From NCBI GenBank assembly GCA_965198915.1, contig CBDAQC010000002.1:1053284-1117283 (forward strand): 64,000 bases of DNA, given 5' to 3'. The DNA comes from Acetobacteraceae bacterium. Lineage in GTDB: Bacteria; Pseudomonadota; Alphaproteobacteria; Acetobacterales; Acetobacteraceae. The notes below the pieces were generated by a model, which made no database searches, was not told where the DNA came from, and saw only the letters and a program-made list of their open reading frames with translations. Below, piece after piece: positions 26,849 through 36,953 of the stretch; the first letter of the stretch is position 1, and each line of letters opens with the position of its first letter. The translations under genes were made by a program, and so were the position numbers.

Positions 26849-28360
26849 CTAATTCCCAGCCACCTTGTCGCCACGGAAACTAGGCAGATCGCGCACATCC
26901 CAACCGCCGCCCAGCGCGCGCACCAGTGCCACGTCCGCCAGCACACGGCGCGTGCGCAGATCGGTTGCCGCCTGCTCGCTCTGCAGCTCGGCCGTCTGCG
27001 CAATCACCACGTCCAGGAAGTTCGTCGCCCCGTCCTTGAATAATGTCGTCGTCATCGCTTCGGTCTGCTGCGCCGCGCGCACGGCGGCGTCCTGCGCCTG
27101 CGTCTCCTGGGCCAGCAGCCGCAACTGGGAGAGCTCGTCCTCCACGTTCTGGAAAGCGGCCAGCACGGTTTCGCGGTAGCGGGCTTCGGCCTGGCGGTAT
27201 TGCGCAAGGGCGACCGCGAGCTCGGCATGGCGGAGCCCGCCCTCGAACAGCGGCAGCGCCACGCCGGGCCCGATGGCCCAGAAATCATTTGGCAAGCTGA
27301 ACAGCTGAAACCCCGTATCCTGAAGGCCGTACAGGATGCTAAGCGAAAAATTCGGGTAGAACGCCGCGCGCGTGACACCGATCGTATAGTTCGCCGCTGC
27401 CATCTGCCGCTCCGCCGAGGCCACGTCGGCGCGGCGTTCCAGAAGCGTGCTGGGCAACCCCGGCGAGACCTCCGGCAGGCCCAGCGTCCAGCGTGACGGC
27501 GCCAGGCTGAACGTTGCAGGCTGGCGCCCCACCAGCACGGCAATGGCGTGTTCCACCAGCGCCCGCTTGGCCGCGGTGTCGATGATCGCCGCCTCGGCGT
27601 TGCCCAGCTGCGTCTCCGCCCGTGCCACGTCGATGCCGGAGGCGATCTTGCCGGCGAAGCGGTTGCGCGTGATCTGCACGGCCCGGCGGTAGGCCGCAGC
27701 CGCGCTTTCCAGCACGCGCGCCTGCGCGTCGTAGCCGCGCAACGCCACGTAGTCGCTCGCCAGCTCCGCATGCAGGCTCAGCCGCATCGTTTCCAGATCG
27801 GCGGCACTCGCCTGTGCCGCGGCGCGGCCGGACCGGATGGCGTTGGCCGCTCGCTCCCACACGTCCACCTCGTAGTTCGCCTGCGTGCTTATGCTGTTGT
27901 CCAGGTACTGGTTCGGCTGTCCCGGCCGGCGCGTCGGCCGCCGGTCGCTCTGCCTGTCCTCATTGACCTGCCCGCCAAGGCTCAGAGTCGGATACAGGCC
28001 CGCGCGCGCTTCGGCGGCGAAACCCCTCGCCTGGTCCAAGGCGGCCAGGGAGACCGCGAGCGTGGGATTGCCGCCGTCCACCTGCGCCTCGAGGTCGTCG
28101 AGCACGGGGTCCTGGAAGACGTGCCACCAGTCGCCGCGTTTCAGGCCGTCGGCCGGCATGGCTGGCTGGAAGGCGGCCTCCTCCTTGTAGCGGGCCGGCA
28201 CGGCGGTGAGTGGCACATGGTAGTGCGGCGCCAGGTCGCAGCCGGCCAGCGCGGGGAGGAACAGCCAGGCGAGCAGGCCTGCCCTGAACGGGAGGACCCG
28301 CGCGCTTTGGTGCCGCGCAGGCGGGGCGATGCCGCTAAGCGGCTCAATCCTGGCAACCAA
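26849..28360 (-). CDS. Efflux outer-membrane factor lipoprotein (NodT/TolC family)
   Basis: Lipobox LAGC, DWWHVFQDPVLD, PSTLLERRADVASAE, RAAFYPNFSL, ALGGGW. Confidence 0.92.
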   Translation of the reverse strand: MVARIEPLSGIAPPARHQSARVLPFRAGLLAWLFLPALAGCDLAPHYHVPLTAVPARYKEEAAFQPAMPADGLKRGDWWHVFQDPVLDDLEAQVDGGNPTLAVSLAALDQARGFAAEARAGLYPTLSLGGQVNEDRQSDRRPTRRPGQPNQYLDNSISTQANYEVDVWERAANAIRSGRAAAQASAADLETMRLSLHAELASDYVALRGYDAQARVLESAAAAYRRAVQITRNRFAGKIASGIDVARAETQLGNAEAAIIDTAAKRALVEHAIAVLVGRQPATFSLAPSRWTLGLPEVSPGLPSTLLERRADVASAERQMAAANYTIGVTRAAFYPNFSLSILYGLQDTGFQLFSLPNDFWAIGPGVALPLFEGGLRHAELAVALAQYRQAEARYRETVLAAFQNVEDELSQLRLLAQETQAQDAAVRAAQQTEAMTTTLFKDGATNFLDVVIAQTAELQSEQAATDLRTRRVLADVALVRALGGGWDVRDLPSFRGDKVAGN

Positions 28361-28363
28361 GAT

Positions 28364-29650
28364 CTATTCCGAAGCGGGTGCGGGTGCGGCAGGGGCTGCA
28401 GTCACGGTCGGGTCGGCGGCCACGTCGACCGTGTCGCCGTCCTCGATCGTGTCCAGCGGTGTCGTGATCACCCGGTCGGCCGCGCTGATGCCGCCCTCGA
28501 TTTCGATCTGCGTGCCGAGGTTCCGGCCAATCGATACGTTCTTGAGAACCACGCGGTTGTGCGCGTCCACCGTCGCCAGTTGCGCACCGTGTGCGCGGAA
28601 GATCAGCGCGCTGGCCGGCACGCGCAGCACCGCGCCGTCGCCCGGCACCTCGAAGCGCACTTCGGCGAAGGTGCCTGCCCACAGCTTGCGATCCGGGTTC
28701 GGCGCCATGAGCTCCACCAGGACCGTCCGGCTTTCGGCGGCCACGGATTGCGACGTGGTGGCCAGCGTGGCCGGAAAACTCCGCCCGGGATATTGCGGCT
28801 CGGCAAGGCTCGCCTGCATGCCGGCTTTCAGCTCGCTCGCATAGGCCTGCGGCACCCGCACATAGACTCGCATCTCGTGCATGTCGGCGACCTTGAACAG
28901 CGGCACCGCCGTGCTGGAACCGCCGGTGATGAGCGCGCCGACATCGGTGTTGCGCGCCGTCACCACGCCGTCGAACGGTGCGACCAGCCTCTTGAAACTC
29001 TCCATTGCGCGCAGCCGGTCCACATGGGCCTTCTGCGCGGCCACGCCGGCGCGCCGCGCGGTGGCGTCGCCTTCCTTCTCGTCGGCCGATTGCTGCGAGA
29101 CGGAGTTCGAGGCGAGCAGCGCGTGCCAGCGTCTGGCCGTCAGTTCCGCGAAGCTGGATTGCGCCTCTGCCGCCGCCAGGTCCGCCTGGGCCTGGGCGTA
29201 TTCCTGGTCCAGGTCCGGCGTATCGATGGTGGCGAGCACCTGGCCCGCATGCACGCGGGCGCCGATGTCCTGGCTCCACCCCGCCAGATATCCGCTCACG
29301 CGCGCGTAGAGGGACGCCTCGTAGAACGCCTCCACGTCGCCCGGCAGAGTCAGGCTGCGCGGCGCATCGTCATGGAACGGATGGGCCACGCTCACCGTCG
29401 GCACCGCCTGCTGTCCGGTCCAGACCGCCAGCTCGGACTGGGACTGCCGGCGGGCGAAGATGCCCCAGGCGGCAGCCGCGCCGGCCAGCAGGACGGCCGC
29501 CACGGCGATCACGCCCAGGCGCCTCGGGCGGCTTGCCGCGGAGCGGTGTCCGTGCTGGCGGGCCTCGGCCTGCGTGCTGCTGGAGGTTTGCGCAGCTTCG
29601 CCCTGCAGCGGCAGCAGCGCCATGGGCTTGTCGTCCGGCATGTCGTTCAT
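28364..29650 (-). CDS. Efflux RND periplasmic adaptor (MFP)
   Basis: N-terminal TM, LYARVSGYL...DIGARVHAGQVLATIDTPDLDQ, LVAPFDGVVTARN, VRVPQ. Confidence 0.92.
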   Translation of the reverse strand: MNDMPDDKPMALLPLQGEAAQTSSSTQAEARQHGHRSAASRPRRLGVIAVAAVLLAGAAAAWGIFARRQSQSELAVWTGQQAVPTVSVAHPFHDDAPRSLTLPGDVEAFYEASLYARVSGYLAGWSQDIGARVHAGQVLATIDTPDLDQEYAQAQADLAAAEAQSSFAELTARRWHALLASNSVSQQSADEKEGDATARRAGVAAQKAHVDRLRAMESFKRLVAPFDGVVTARNTDVGALITGGSSTAVPLFKVADMHEMRVYVRVPQAYASELKAGMQASLAEPQYPGRSFPATLATTSQSVAAESRTVLVELMAPNPDRKLWAGTFAEVRFEVPGDGAVLRVPASALIFRAHGAQLATVDAHNRVVLKNVSIGRNLGTQIEIEGGISAADRVITTPLDTIEDGDTVDVAADPTVTAAPAAPAPASE

Positions 29651-32600
29651 TCCGCTGGCTGGAGCCTATTGGGCAGGCGGGCGCCTGCGGGCTGGGCCAG
29701 GTTCTCGCGCTTGTGGACCAGGCTGAAGATGGTGGGCACCACGAACAGCGTGGCGCAGGTGGCAAACAGCAGGCCGCCGATCACCGCGCGTCCCAGCGGG
29801 GCGTTCTGCTCGGCGCTGAGCGCGGTCGGGGCCAGGCCTATGCCCATGGCCAGCGCCGTCATCAGCACTGGCCGGAAGCGGGTGGCGCCGGCTTCCAGCG
29901 CGGCCTGCAGCGCGCTCATGCCGGATTGCATGCGCTCGCGTGCGAAGCTGATCACCAGGATCGAGTTGGCGGTGGCCACACCCATGCACATGATGGCACC
30001 CGTCAGCGCGGGAACGGACAGCGTGGTGCCTGTCAGAAACAGCATCCACACGATGCCGGCCAGCGCGCCGGGCAGGCCCAGCACGATCACCGCGGGGTCC
30101 GTCCAGCTTTGGAAGTTCACCACGATAAGCAGGTAGATGAGCACGATGGCGAAGGCCAAGCCGCCGAACAGCTGGGCATACGCCTCGCGCATGGTGGTCA
30201 CCTGGCCGCGCAGCGTGACCTGGCTGGCGTGCGGCAGGAACCGCGCCTGCCCGGCCACGATGCGGTTGATGTCGGCCGCCACGGCACCCAGGTCGCGGCC
30301 CTGGTTGGTGGCGTAGATGTCGATCACCGGCCGCACGTTGTAGTGCGAGACGACTGCATCGCTTGCCTCCGTGTGCACCGTCGCCAGCCCGCCCAGCAGC
30401 TCTGTCCGGCTGCCGGAGCCCAGCATGGTGTTCTGCAGATTGCCTATGGTGTCGAGGTCGTATTGCGGCGTCTGCACCACGATCGGGTAGGACACGCCGT
30501 TATGCGGGTTCAGCCAGAAGGTGGGTGCCGTCTGTATGCTGCCGGCCAGCGTATCCAGCATGGAGGTCGCGGCGTCCTTCTCGGTGATGCCCACCAGCGA
30601 GGCCAACTGGCGGTCCACGTCCACCCGCAGCGTGGGTTCGTTGAACGCCTGCTGGATGCGCGCGTCCGCCACGCCGGGCACGCGGGCGATACGCGCCAGC
30701 AGCCGGTCCGCATAGGCGCGGTTTGCCTGCAGGTCCTGGCCCACCACCTGCAGGTCGATGGGTGCCGGCAGGCCGAAATTGATGATCTGCGTGGTGATGT
30801 CGGCGGGCAGCAGCGCGAAGACGGTGCCTGGGAAGCGGCGCGGCAGGTATTCGCGCAGCTTGCGGGCATAGTCGTCCAGCGTGGCGCCTTTCAGGGTGAT
30901 CAGGATGTCCGCGTCGCCGCCGCTGATCGTGCCGGAATTGCCGTAGGCCAGGTTTATGCCGCTGACCGGCAGGCCGATATTGTCGACGATCGTGTCCAGA
31001 TGCACGGGCGGGATGACGTGGTCGCGTATGGCCTGTTCGATGCGTCCGCACAGGGCGGAGACGTCTTCTATGCGGGTGCCGGTCTGCGCACGCACGTGCA
31101 GCTTGATCTGATCGCTGTCGACAGCGGGAAAAAAGTTTTGGCCCAGGAAAGGAGCTAGGCAGAAGGACAGCAGCACCGCGGCGAAGAAGCCGAGTATGAC
31201 CCTGGGCCGGTTGGCGAGTGCCAGTTCGAGCAGTCCTACATAGCGGCCGCGCACGCGCTCGAAACGGGCCTCGAAGCCGCGCTGGAACCGGCCGAAGAAG
31301 CCCGGACGCGGCTGCGGACCGCTATGGTGCACGTGGCGTTGGAGGAGGAAGTTGGCCAGCGTCGGCACCAGCGTGCGCGAAAGTATGTAGGAGCCAATCA
31401 TGGCGAACACCACGGCTTCGGCCAGCGGCCGGAACAGGTAGCCGGCGACGCCGCCCAGGCTGAACATCGGCACGAACACGATGCAGATGCACAGCAGCGA
31501 GACTGTGGCGGGCACCACGATCTGGCGCGCGCCATCCAGGATGGCGGTCTCCACCGCCTTGCCGGTTTCCAGGTGATAGTTGATGTTCTCGATCGTGACG
31601 GTGGCGTCGTCCACCAATATGCCTACCGCCAGTGCGAGGCCGCCTAGCGTCATCACGTTGATCGTCTCGCCGACCACGGACAGCATGGTCACCGAGAACA
31701 ATATCGCCAGTGGTATCGACACGGTGATGATCAGCGTGGACCGCCAGCTGCCCAGGAAAATCAGAATCAGCAGGCCGGTGAGGCCGGCGGCAATAAGGCC
31801 CTCGCGCACCACGCCCATCACGGCGGACGTCACGAACACCGACTGGTCGCCCACCAGTTCGACGTGAAGGCTGGGCGGCAGGCCCGCCCTGATTTGCGGC
31901 AGGATGGCCTTCACCCCGGCGATGATGTCCAGCGTGGAGGCCGAGCCCGATTTCAGCACCGTCATCAGCACCGCATGGGTGCCGTCCTGGTGCACGATGT
32001 TGGTCTGCGGCGGCGATCCGTCGCGCACATGGGCCACGTCGCGCATGGTGACCACTGTGCCATTCACCGTCTTTACCGGCAGGTTCTCGAGATCCTCGAA
32101 CTCGCGCGGGGCGTCGTTGAGCGAGACGTTCCACTCGAAGCTGCCGACCTTCTGGGTGCCCACGGGGGTCACCAGGTTCTGCTCGGCCAGGGCCGCCACC
32201 ACGTCCTGCGCGGACAGCCCGCGCGCCTGCAATGCGTGGCTGTCGAGATCGATCTGTATCTGGCGCACCTTGCCGCCGTAGGGCGAGGGGATGGCGGAGC
32301 CGGGAACGGTGGCCAGCTGCGGGCGGATGAAGTTCTGGCCGTAGTCGAACAGCCGGTCCTGCGGCAGCGTGCTGCTGGACAGCGCCAGTTGCAGGATGGG
32401 CACGCTGGAGGCGCTGAACTCGAGTATCTGCGGCGGCGTGATCCCGGCCGGCAGTGCCTTCAGCACGGTCTGCGAGGCGGCTGTCACCTGTGCCAGCGCC
32501 GCGTTGATGTTCACGTTCGGCTGGAAGAACACCTTGACCACGCCGTAGCCGAACATCGACTGGCTTTCGATGTGGGCGATGTCGTTGACCTGCGAGCTGA

Positions 32601-32814
32601 GCGAGCGCTCGTAGTAGTAGATCACCCGTCCTGACATGTCGTCCGGCGACAGGCCGTTATAGGACCAGACGGCGGCGACCACGGGTATGCCGATATCGGG
32701 GAGTATGTCGGTGGCGGTGCGTACGGCCGAGAGCACGCCGAAGATCAGGATGAGCACGGCCATCACCACGAAGGTGTAGGGCCGGCTCAGGGCCACTTTC
32801 ACGATGCCGATCAT
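29647..32814 (-). CDS. Efflux RND transporter permease subunit
   Basis: 1055 aa with RND topology: ALSRPYTF, GILVDDATVTIENI, NFFPAVD, MGVATANSILV, RFRPVLMTA. Its stop overlaps the MFP start (ATGA). Confidence 0.95.
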   Translation of the reverse strand: MIGIVKVALSRPYTFVVMAVLILIFGVLSAVRTATDILPDIGIPVVAAVWSYNGLSPDDMSGRVIYYYERSLSSQVNDIAHIESQSMFGYGVVKVFFQPNVNINAALAQVTAASQTVLKALPAGITPPQILEFSASSVPILQLALSSSTLPQDRLFDYGQNFIRPQLATVPGSAIPSPYGGKVRQIQIDLDSHALQARGLSAQDVVAALAEQNLVTPVGTQKVGSFEWNVSLNDAPREFEDLENLPVKTVNGTVVTMRDVAHVRDGSPPQTNIVHQDGTHAVLMTVLKSGSASTLDIIAGVKAILPQIRAGLPPSLHVELVGDQSVFVTSAVMGVVREGLIAAGLTGLLILIFLGSWRSTLIITVSIPLAILFSVTMLSVVGETINVMTLGGLALAVGILVDDATVTIENINYHLETGKAVETAILDGARQIVVPATVSLLCICIVFVPMFSLGGVAGYLFRPLAEAVVFAMIGSYILSRTLVPTLANFLLQRHVHHSGPQPRPGFFGRFQRGFEARFERVRGRYVGLLELALANRPRVILGFFAAVLLSFCLAPFLGQNFFPAVDSDQIKLHVRAQTGTRIEDVSALCGRIEQAIRDHVIPPVHLDTIVDNIGLPVSGINLAYGNSGTISGGDADILITLKGATLDDYARKLREYLPRRFPGTVFALLPADITTQIINFGLPAPIDLQVVGQDLQANRAYADRLLARIARVPGVADARIQQAFNEPTLRVDVDRQLASLVGITEKDAATSMLDTLAGSIQTAPTFWLNPHNGVSYPIVVQTPQYDLDTIGNLQNTMLGSGSRTELLGGLATVHTEASDAVVSHYNVRPVIDIYATNQGRDLGAVAADINRIVAGQARFLPHASQVTLRGQVTTMREAYAQLFGGLAFAIVLIYLLIVVNFQSWTDPAVIVLGLPGALAGIVWMLFLTGTTLSVPALTGAIMCMGVATANSILVISFARERMQSGMSALQAALEAGATRFRPVLMTALAMGIGLAPTALSAEQNAPLGRAVIGGLLFATCATLFVVPTIFSLVHKRENLAQPAGARLPNRLQPAE

Positions 32815-32989
32815 CTAGCAGGCGCCCCGGTGTCGGCGGCCCGCGCAAGCCGCCCGGCCACTCACCTGGCGGAGGTGCGGCAAGCGCGGCGCGGCCGCCA
32901 CTAAATTCGCTGTTAAGGCCCCGAGACCCCGCATTGGGCGCGTGTCTTCAATGCCACAATCCAACTGAACAAATGACTTACAAGGCGAC

Positions 32990-33007
32990 CTGTCATCGAT
33001 CTGTAAC
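32990..33007 (+). promoter_or_regulatory. Pho-box-like / OmpR-family direct repeat
   Basis: CTGTCAT-CGAT-CTGTAAC: two half-sites at 11-bp spacing, about 69 bp upstream of the porin ATG. Confidence 0.55.
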
Positions 33008-33075
33008 GACAGCGCGCGGTGTCCTGGTTATTGTGCCGCCAACGCCTCCAAGGCGGCAATCAATTGGAGAAGTCC

Positions 33076-34809
33076 ATGGGCCTGCGCCTGTCCCGCTCGA
33101 CCCTCATGCTCGCGTCCGCGCTGGCTCTGACGGCAATCTGCCCCGACCTGGCGTCCGCACAGGACGGCACGGGGCAGCTCGGGTCCATCGAGAAGCAGAT
33201 ACAGGCATTGCAGGCCGAGCTGCGGCACATGAAATCGGAAATGGCAGAGCGCAACCGCGAGCTGCGCAGCGCGCGCGGCAGCCAGTCCTACGTGCCGCCG
33301 CCGCCCGCCAATCAGCCGGTGCCCATCACCCCGCAGATCCCGGCCGGCTATGCGCTGGTGCCGTCGGTGCCCGGCACCGCCGGCGGATCGCTGTCGCTGG
33401 TCAAGGTGGAGCAGCCGCCCGCGATGCCGAAGGGCTCGTTCAACGTAGGCGCCATCAACGTCCAGCTCGGCGGCTTCTTCGAAGGCGCCGGCTATTATCG
33501 GTCCCGCAACGAGGTCACCGACCTCGCGTCGAACTTCAACTCTGCGATCCCCCTGCGCGAGAGCCCGCTCTACCACGAAGCCGAAAGCGGCTTCAGCGCC
33601 CGCCAGAGCCGTATCACAGCCAACATGACGGCTGCGCCCGACGAGGTTACCAAGCTCGACGGCTATCTCGCCGTGGACTTCCTGAGCGCCGCGCCCACCG
33701 CAAACTATAACGAGAGCAGCAGCTACAACCCGCGTCTGCGTGAGGCTTGGATCAGCTACGCGCGCAGCGACCTCGGTTTCTACGCGCTGGCCGGGCAAAG
33801 CTGGACCCTGGCCACAATGAACTCGAAGGGAGTCGATCCCACGGCGATCAACGCGCCGCTGCAGATCGACCCGCAATACGTGGTAGGCTTCAATTGGGCC
33901 CGCCAGGCGCAGTTCCGCGTCGCCAAGAGCTTCGCGCACGACCAGTTCTGGCTGGCGCTGTCGGTGGAAAACCCGGAGACGATCGTCAGCGGCACGGCGC
34001 CCACGATCGAGGGCACCACGATCAACCAGACCAACCCGGGCACCGGCGTGAACGGCAACACCACGGTGAGCTCGGTCGCGGCAAACCCGACCTCCGCCAC
34101 CGCAGGCTCGCCCGCCTACTCCAACAACTTCGCGCCCGACGTCATCCTGAAGGCCACGGCCGATTTCGACCTCGCCCACTTGGAGGCGTACGGCCTGGGC
34201 CGCGTGTTCAACGATCGCACCAGCCAGCTCGGCACCGGCCAGAACAACACGCAGATCGGGGGCGGCTTCGGCGGCGGCGCCCTGGTGCACGCCATCCCGA
34301 AGCTGTTGGACGTCCAGTTGAGCGGCCTGGTCGGCGAGGGCATCGGCCGTTACGGCACGTCCCAGCTTGCCGACTCGACCTACAACTACCAGGGCAAGCC
34401 GGTTCCCCTGCCCGGCTACAGCGTGCTGGCCGGCGTGGTCGGCCATCCCACGCCGCAAATCGACCTCTACTCCTATGTCGGCGTGGAGCATGTCAGCGCC
34501 CGTTACGATCTGGGCGTGGTGGGCGGCAAGGAGAAGACGTTGGCTGGCTATGGCAGCTCGCTCATAAACAACGAGTCCTGCGAGACGGAGCTGTCCGACA
34601 CGCCGGCCGCTTGCGCACCGGCTTCCTCCGGCGACGGCCAGATCAACTTCGGCGGCTGGTACAAGTTCATCCAGGGCCCGTTCGGAAAGATGCAGATCGG
34701 CACACAGTATTCCTACACCCGCCGCTACCTGCTGCAGGGCATCGGCAAGACGCCGAAGACGGACGAGAACATGGTGTTCTTCAGCTTCCGCTGGTATCCG
34801 TTCACCTGA
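33076..34809 (+). CDS. Outer-membrane porin with N-terminal coiled coil (DcaP-like), paralog 1
   Basis: GGAGA RBS, signal peptide, coiled coil (IEKQIQALQAELRHMK), Pro-rich linker, FSARQSRI, aromatic C-terminal strand FFSFRWYPF. Confidence 0.75.
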   Translation: MGLRLSRSTLMLASALALTAICPDLASAQDGTGQLGSIEKQIQALQAELRHMKSEMAERNRELRSARGSQSYVPPPPANQPVPITPQIPAGYALVPSVPGTAGGSLSLVKVEQPPAMPKGSFNVGAINVQLGGFFEGAGYYRSRNEVTDLASNFNSAIPLRESPLYHEAESGFSARQSRITANMTAAPDEVTKLDGYLAVDFLSAAPTANYNESSSYNPRLREAWISYARSDLGFYALAGQSWTLATMNSKGVDPTAINAPLQIDPQYVVGFNWARQAQFRVAKSFAHDQFWLALSVENPETIVSGTAPTIEGTTINQTNPGTGVNGNTTVSSVAANPTSATAGSPAYSNNFAPDVILKATADFDLAHLEAYGLGRVFNDRTSQLGTGQNNTQIGGGFGGGALVHAIPKLLDVQLSGLVGEGIGRYGTSQLADSTYNYQGKPVPLPGYSVLAGVVGHPTPQIDLYSYVGVEHVSARYDLGVVGGKEKTLAGYGSSLINNESCETELSDTPAACAPASSGDGQINFGGWYKFIQGPFGKMQIGTQYSYTRRYLLQGIGKTPKTDENMVFFSFRWYPFT

Positions 34810-34914
34810 GGTTGCGAGCCGTCTTTGTGAGACGGACGAGGAGATTTCTGCCCTCCCGCCTTGCAGAGAGCCGAGCGTGTTTTGACACGGGGGCGCTGCG
34901 GCGGTGTGCGGAAA

Positions 34915-34950
34915 TCTCATTTTCTTTTTGCAGCGACGAAAGCCTTGCCT
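34915..34950. repeat. Family-1 repeat, degenerate right arm
   Basis: TTTTCTTTTTGCAGCGACGAAAGCCTTGCCT resembles the right-arm end ...AAAGAAGGCCTTGCTT. Confidence 0.4.
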
Positions 34951-34987
34951 GAAGCTGCGACGTTGACCGACGGCCCGGGAGGCCGTC

Positions 34988-35509
34988 ATGCGCACGATTA
35001 GCAGAATCACCCTGGCTGCCGCCGCAGCCGCCACGCTCGCAGCCTGCACCACCACCAGCGTGCTGGTCAGCGAGAACCCGTCGAAGAACCGGCCGCCGCA
35101 ATGGCCGGATTACTGGAGCCTGCCCGTGCAGGTAAGGGGTGCGGTGCCGCAGCTTGCGCAACCTGCGCTGGCGGGCCTGTTCCGCCCGGCCGCGCCGCCA
35201 CAGGCTGGCGCGCGACGGGTCGAGCTGTTCGTCAACCCTGCCCGCCTGCCGCCCTACGAGGCACTGTGCAGCAGGCCTGACATGTTCTCGTCCGGCACGC
35301 AGGACGGCTCGTACGCCTTCGTGGCCGGCGCCCTGTGCAATGGCGGATCAGTCGTAACCTACGCCACCGCGCACGTGCTGACGGCAAGCCTCTCGCCGGA
35401 CCAGATCCGGGGCAATCTGGAGATGATGCACCTGCAGCTCTGGCAGGCGCTGACCTACGGCAACAATCATCCGGAACTGGCGCACCCGAGCTGGATGTAC
35501 GGGCCGTAG
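34988..35509 (+). CDS. Hypothetical lipoprotein
   Basis: GGGAGG RBS; signal peptide ending LAAC (lipobox). Confidence 0.7.
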   Translation: MRTISRITLAAAAAATLAACTTTSVLVSENPSKNRPPQWPDYWSLPVQVRGAVPQLAQPALAGLFRPAAPPQAGARRVELFVNPARLPPYEALCSRPDMFSSGTQDGSYAFVAGALCNGGSVVTYATAHVLTASLSPDQIRGNLEMMHLQLWQALTYGNNHPELAHPSWMYGP

Positions 35510-35512
35510 CGT

Positions 35513-36889
35513 TCAGCGCTCCGCCGCGGTGAATACGACGTCCACGGCAAACCCGTCCGGCAGGTCGCTGAAGCGCAGGCGGAAGCCGTGCATCCGCAGT
35601 ATGGCGGCCACCAGGCTCAGGCCCAGCCCGGTGCCCGGGACGTTTGCCGCGGTAGCCGACCGGTAGAAGCGCTGGAGAACCGCGTCACGCTCGGCCCTGC
35701 CGATGCCTGGACCGTCATCCGTGACGCGCAGGACGGGTCCTTCCCCGCAGGCCAGCAGCCGGATGGAGACGGCGCCGCCCGGCGGCGCGAACTTGATCGC
35801 GTTGTCGAGCAGGTTGGCGCAAACCTCGAACAGTAGGTCGCGATCGCCGAAGACGCGTACGCCCCGGGGTGCATCGGCGGAGAAGCGCAGGGAACGTAGT
35901 TCGGCCACCGGCTGATACAGCTCGGCCGCCTCCTCCACCATCGCCGAGAGGTCGGTGTCGGCGAAGCCCGATCTGCGGCTGGCACTCTCCAACTCGCCGA
36001 TCCGCAGCAGGGCGGTGATGGTGCCGAAGCACTGGTCGAGGTCGGCGATCGCCTGCACCGCCACGTCGTCGAGTTCGGCCAGGGTGGAGGCGCGGCGCCG
36101 TCCGCCTTCCAGCCGGGCGCGCATCCGTGCGAGCGGACTGCGCAGGTTATGCGCGATGCCGTCGCCCACATCGCGCATCTCGGCCAGCAGGCGTTGCAGC
36201 CGGTCGAGCGCGCGGTTGACGCTGGCGGCCAGGATGTCGAAATCGTCGCGCGCCGCGCTGACCGGCAGGCGCTCATGCAGGTTGGCATCCATGATCCGGT
36301 CCAGCGTCGCGCGCAGGACGGCGACCCGCGACAGCGTCCTGGCGCTGGCCCAGACGCCGGCTGCGAGCGACAGCGCGATCGCCGGCGCCAGGCCGAGCGC
36401 CAAAGCGCGCCCGACCAGGCGCTGCAATTGCACCAGGTCCCGCCGGCTGCGGCCGATGATGGCGATGCGGCCGTCCGGCAGCCGCGTTGCCGCCGCGGTC
36501 ACCCGCTCCGCCACGGGGCCGCCCGGCGTGTCGCGGGTCACGCTGACCACATGGGTGCGGCCGTCTTGCGGCAGGTCCGCCGGGTAGCGCGCGACATCGC
36601 CGGCGAGCCTGCTGCCATCCGGCGCCCAGAGTGCGGCGAAGCTCAGCCGGTGCAGGTCGCCGGCGAACCTTGCCCGAAGGTCGCCCACGAGATCCTGCGG
36701 CGGCTCGCGCCCGAGCGCCGCGGCTTCGTTCAGCACGGTCCGCTCTATCCGGCCGGACTCGAAGACGGCGGTCTGCCAGTATATGAATGCGAACAGCGCG
36801 AGCGTGCTGGCGCCGAAGACGGTAGCGACCAGTGCCGAGTGGCGGAACGCGCTGGTGCGGAAGGCGTCGGCCCAGGCGGCGGGAAACAC
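35513..36889 (-). CDS. Sensor histidine kinase (HAMP-HisKA-HATPase)
   Basis: Two TM segments, IAHNLRSPL (H box), NLLDNAIKF, VTDDGPGI, GTGLGLSLV. Confidence 0.93.
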   Translation of the reverse strand: MFPAAWADAFRTSAFRHSALVATVFGASTLALFAFIYWQTAVFESGRIERTVLNEAAALGREPPQDLVGDLRARFAGDLHRLSFAALWAPDGSRLAGDVARYPADLPQDGRTHVVSVTRDTPGGPVAERVTAAATRLPDGRIAIIGRSRRDLVQLQRLVGRALALGLAPAIALSLAAGVWASARTLSRVAVLRATLDRIMDANLHERLPVSAARDDFDILAASVNRALDRLQRLLAEMRDVGDGIAHNLRSPLARMRARLEGGRRRASTLAELDDVAVQAIADLDQCFGTITALLRIGELESASRRSGFADTDLSAMVEEAAELYQPVAELRSLRFSADAPRGVRVFGDRDLLFEVCANLLDNAIKFAPPGGAVSIRLLACGEGPVLRVTDDGPGIGRAERDAVLQRFYRSATAANVPGTGLGLSLVAAILRMHGFRLRFSDLPDGFAVDVVFTAAER

Positions 36890-36953
36890 GCGATGTGTTC
36901 TTTCCAGGAAGCGGGATTGTCGTCGGCTGTCGCGAAGCTGAAGCGCGGGCCCG

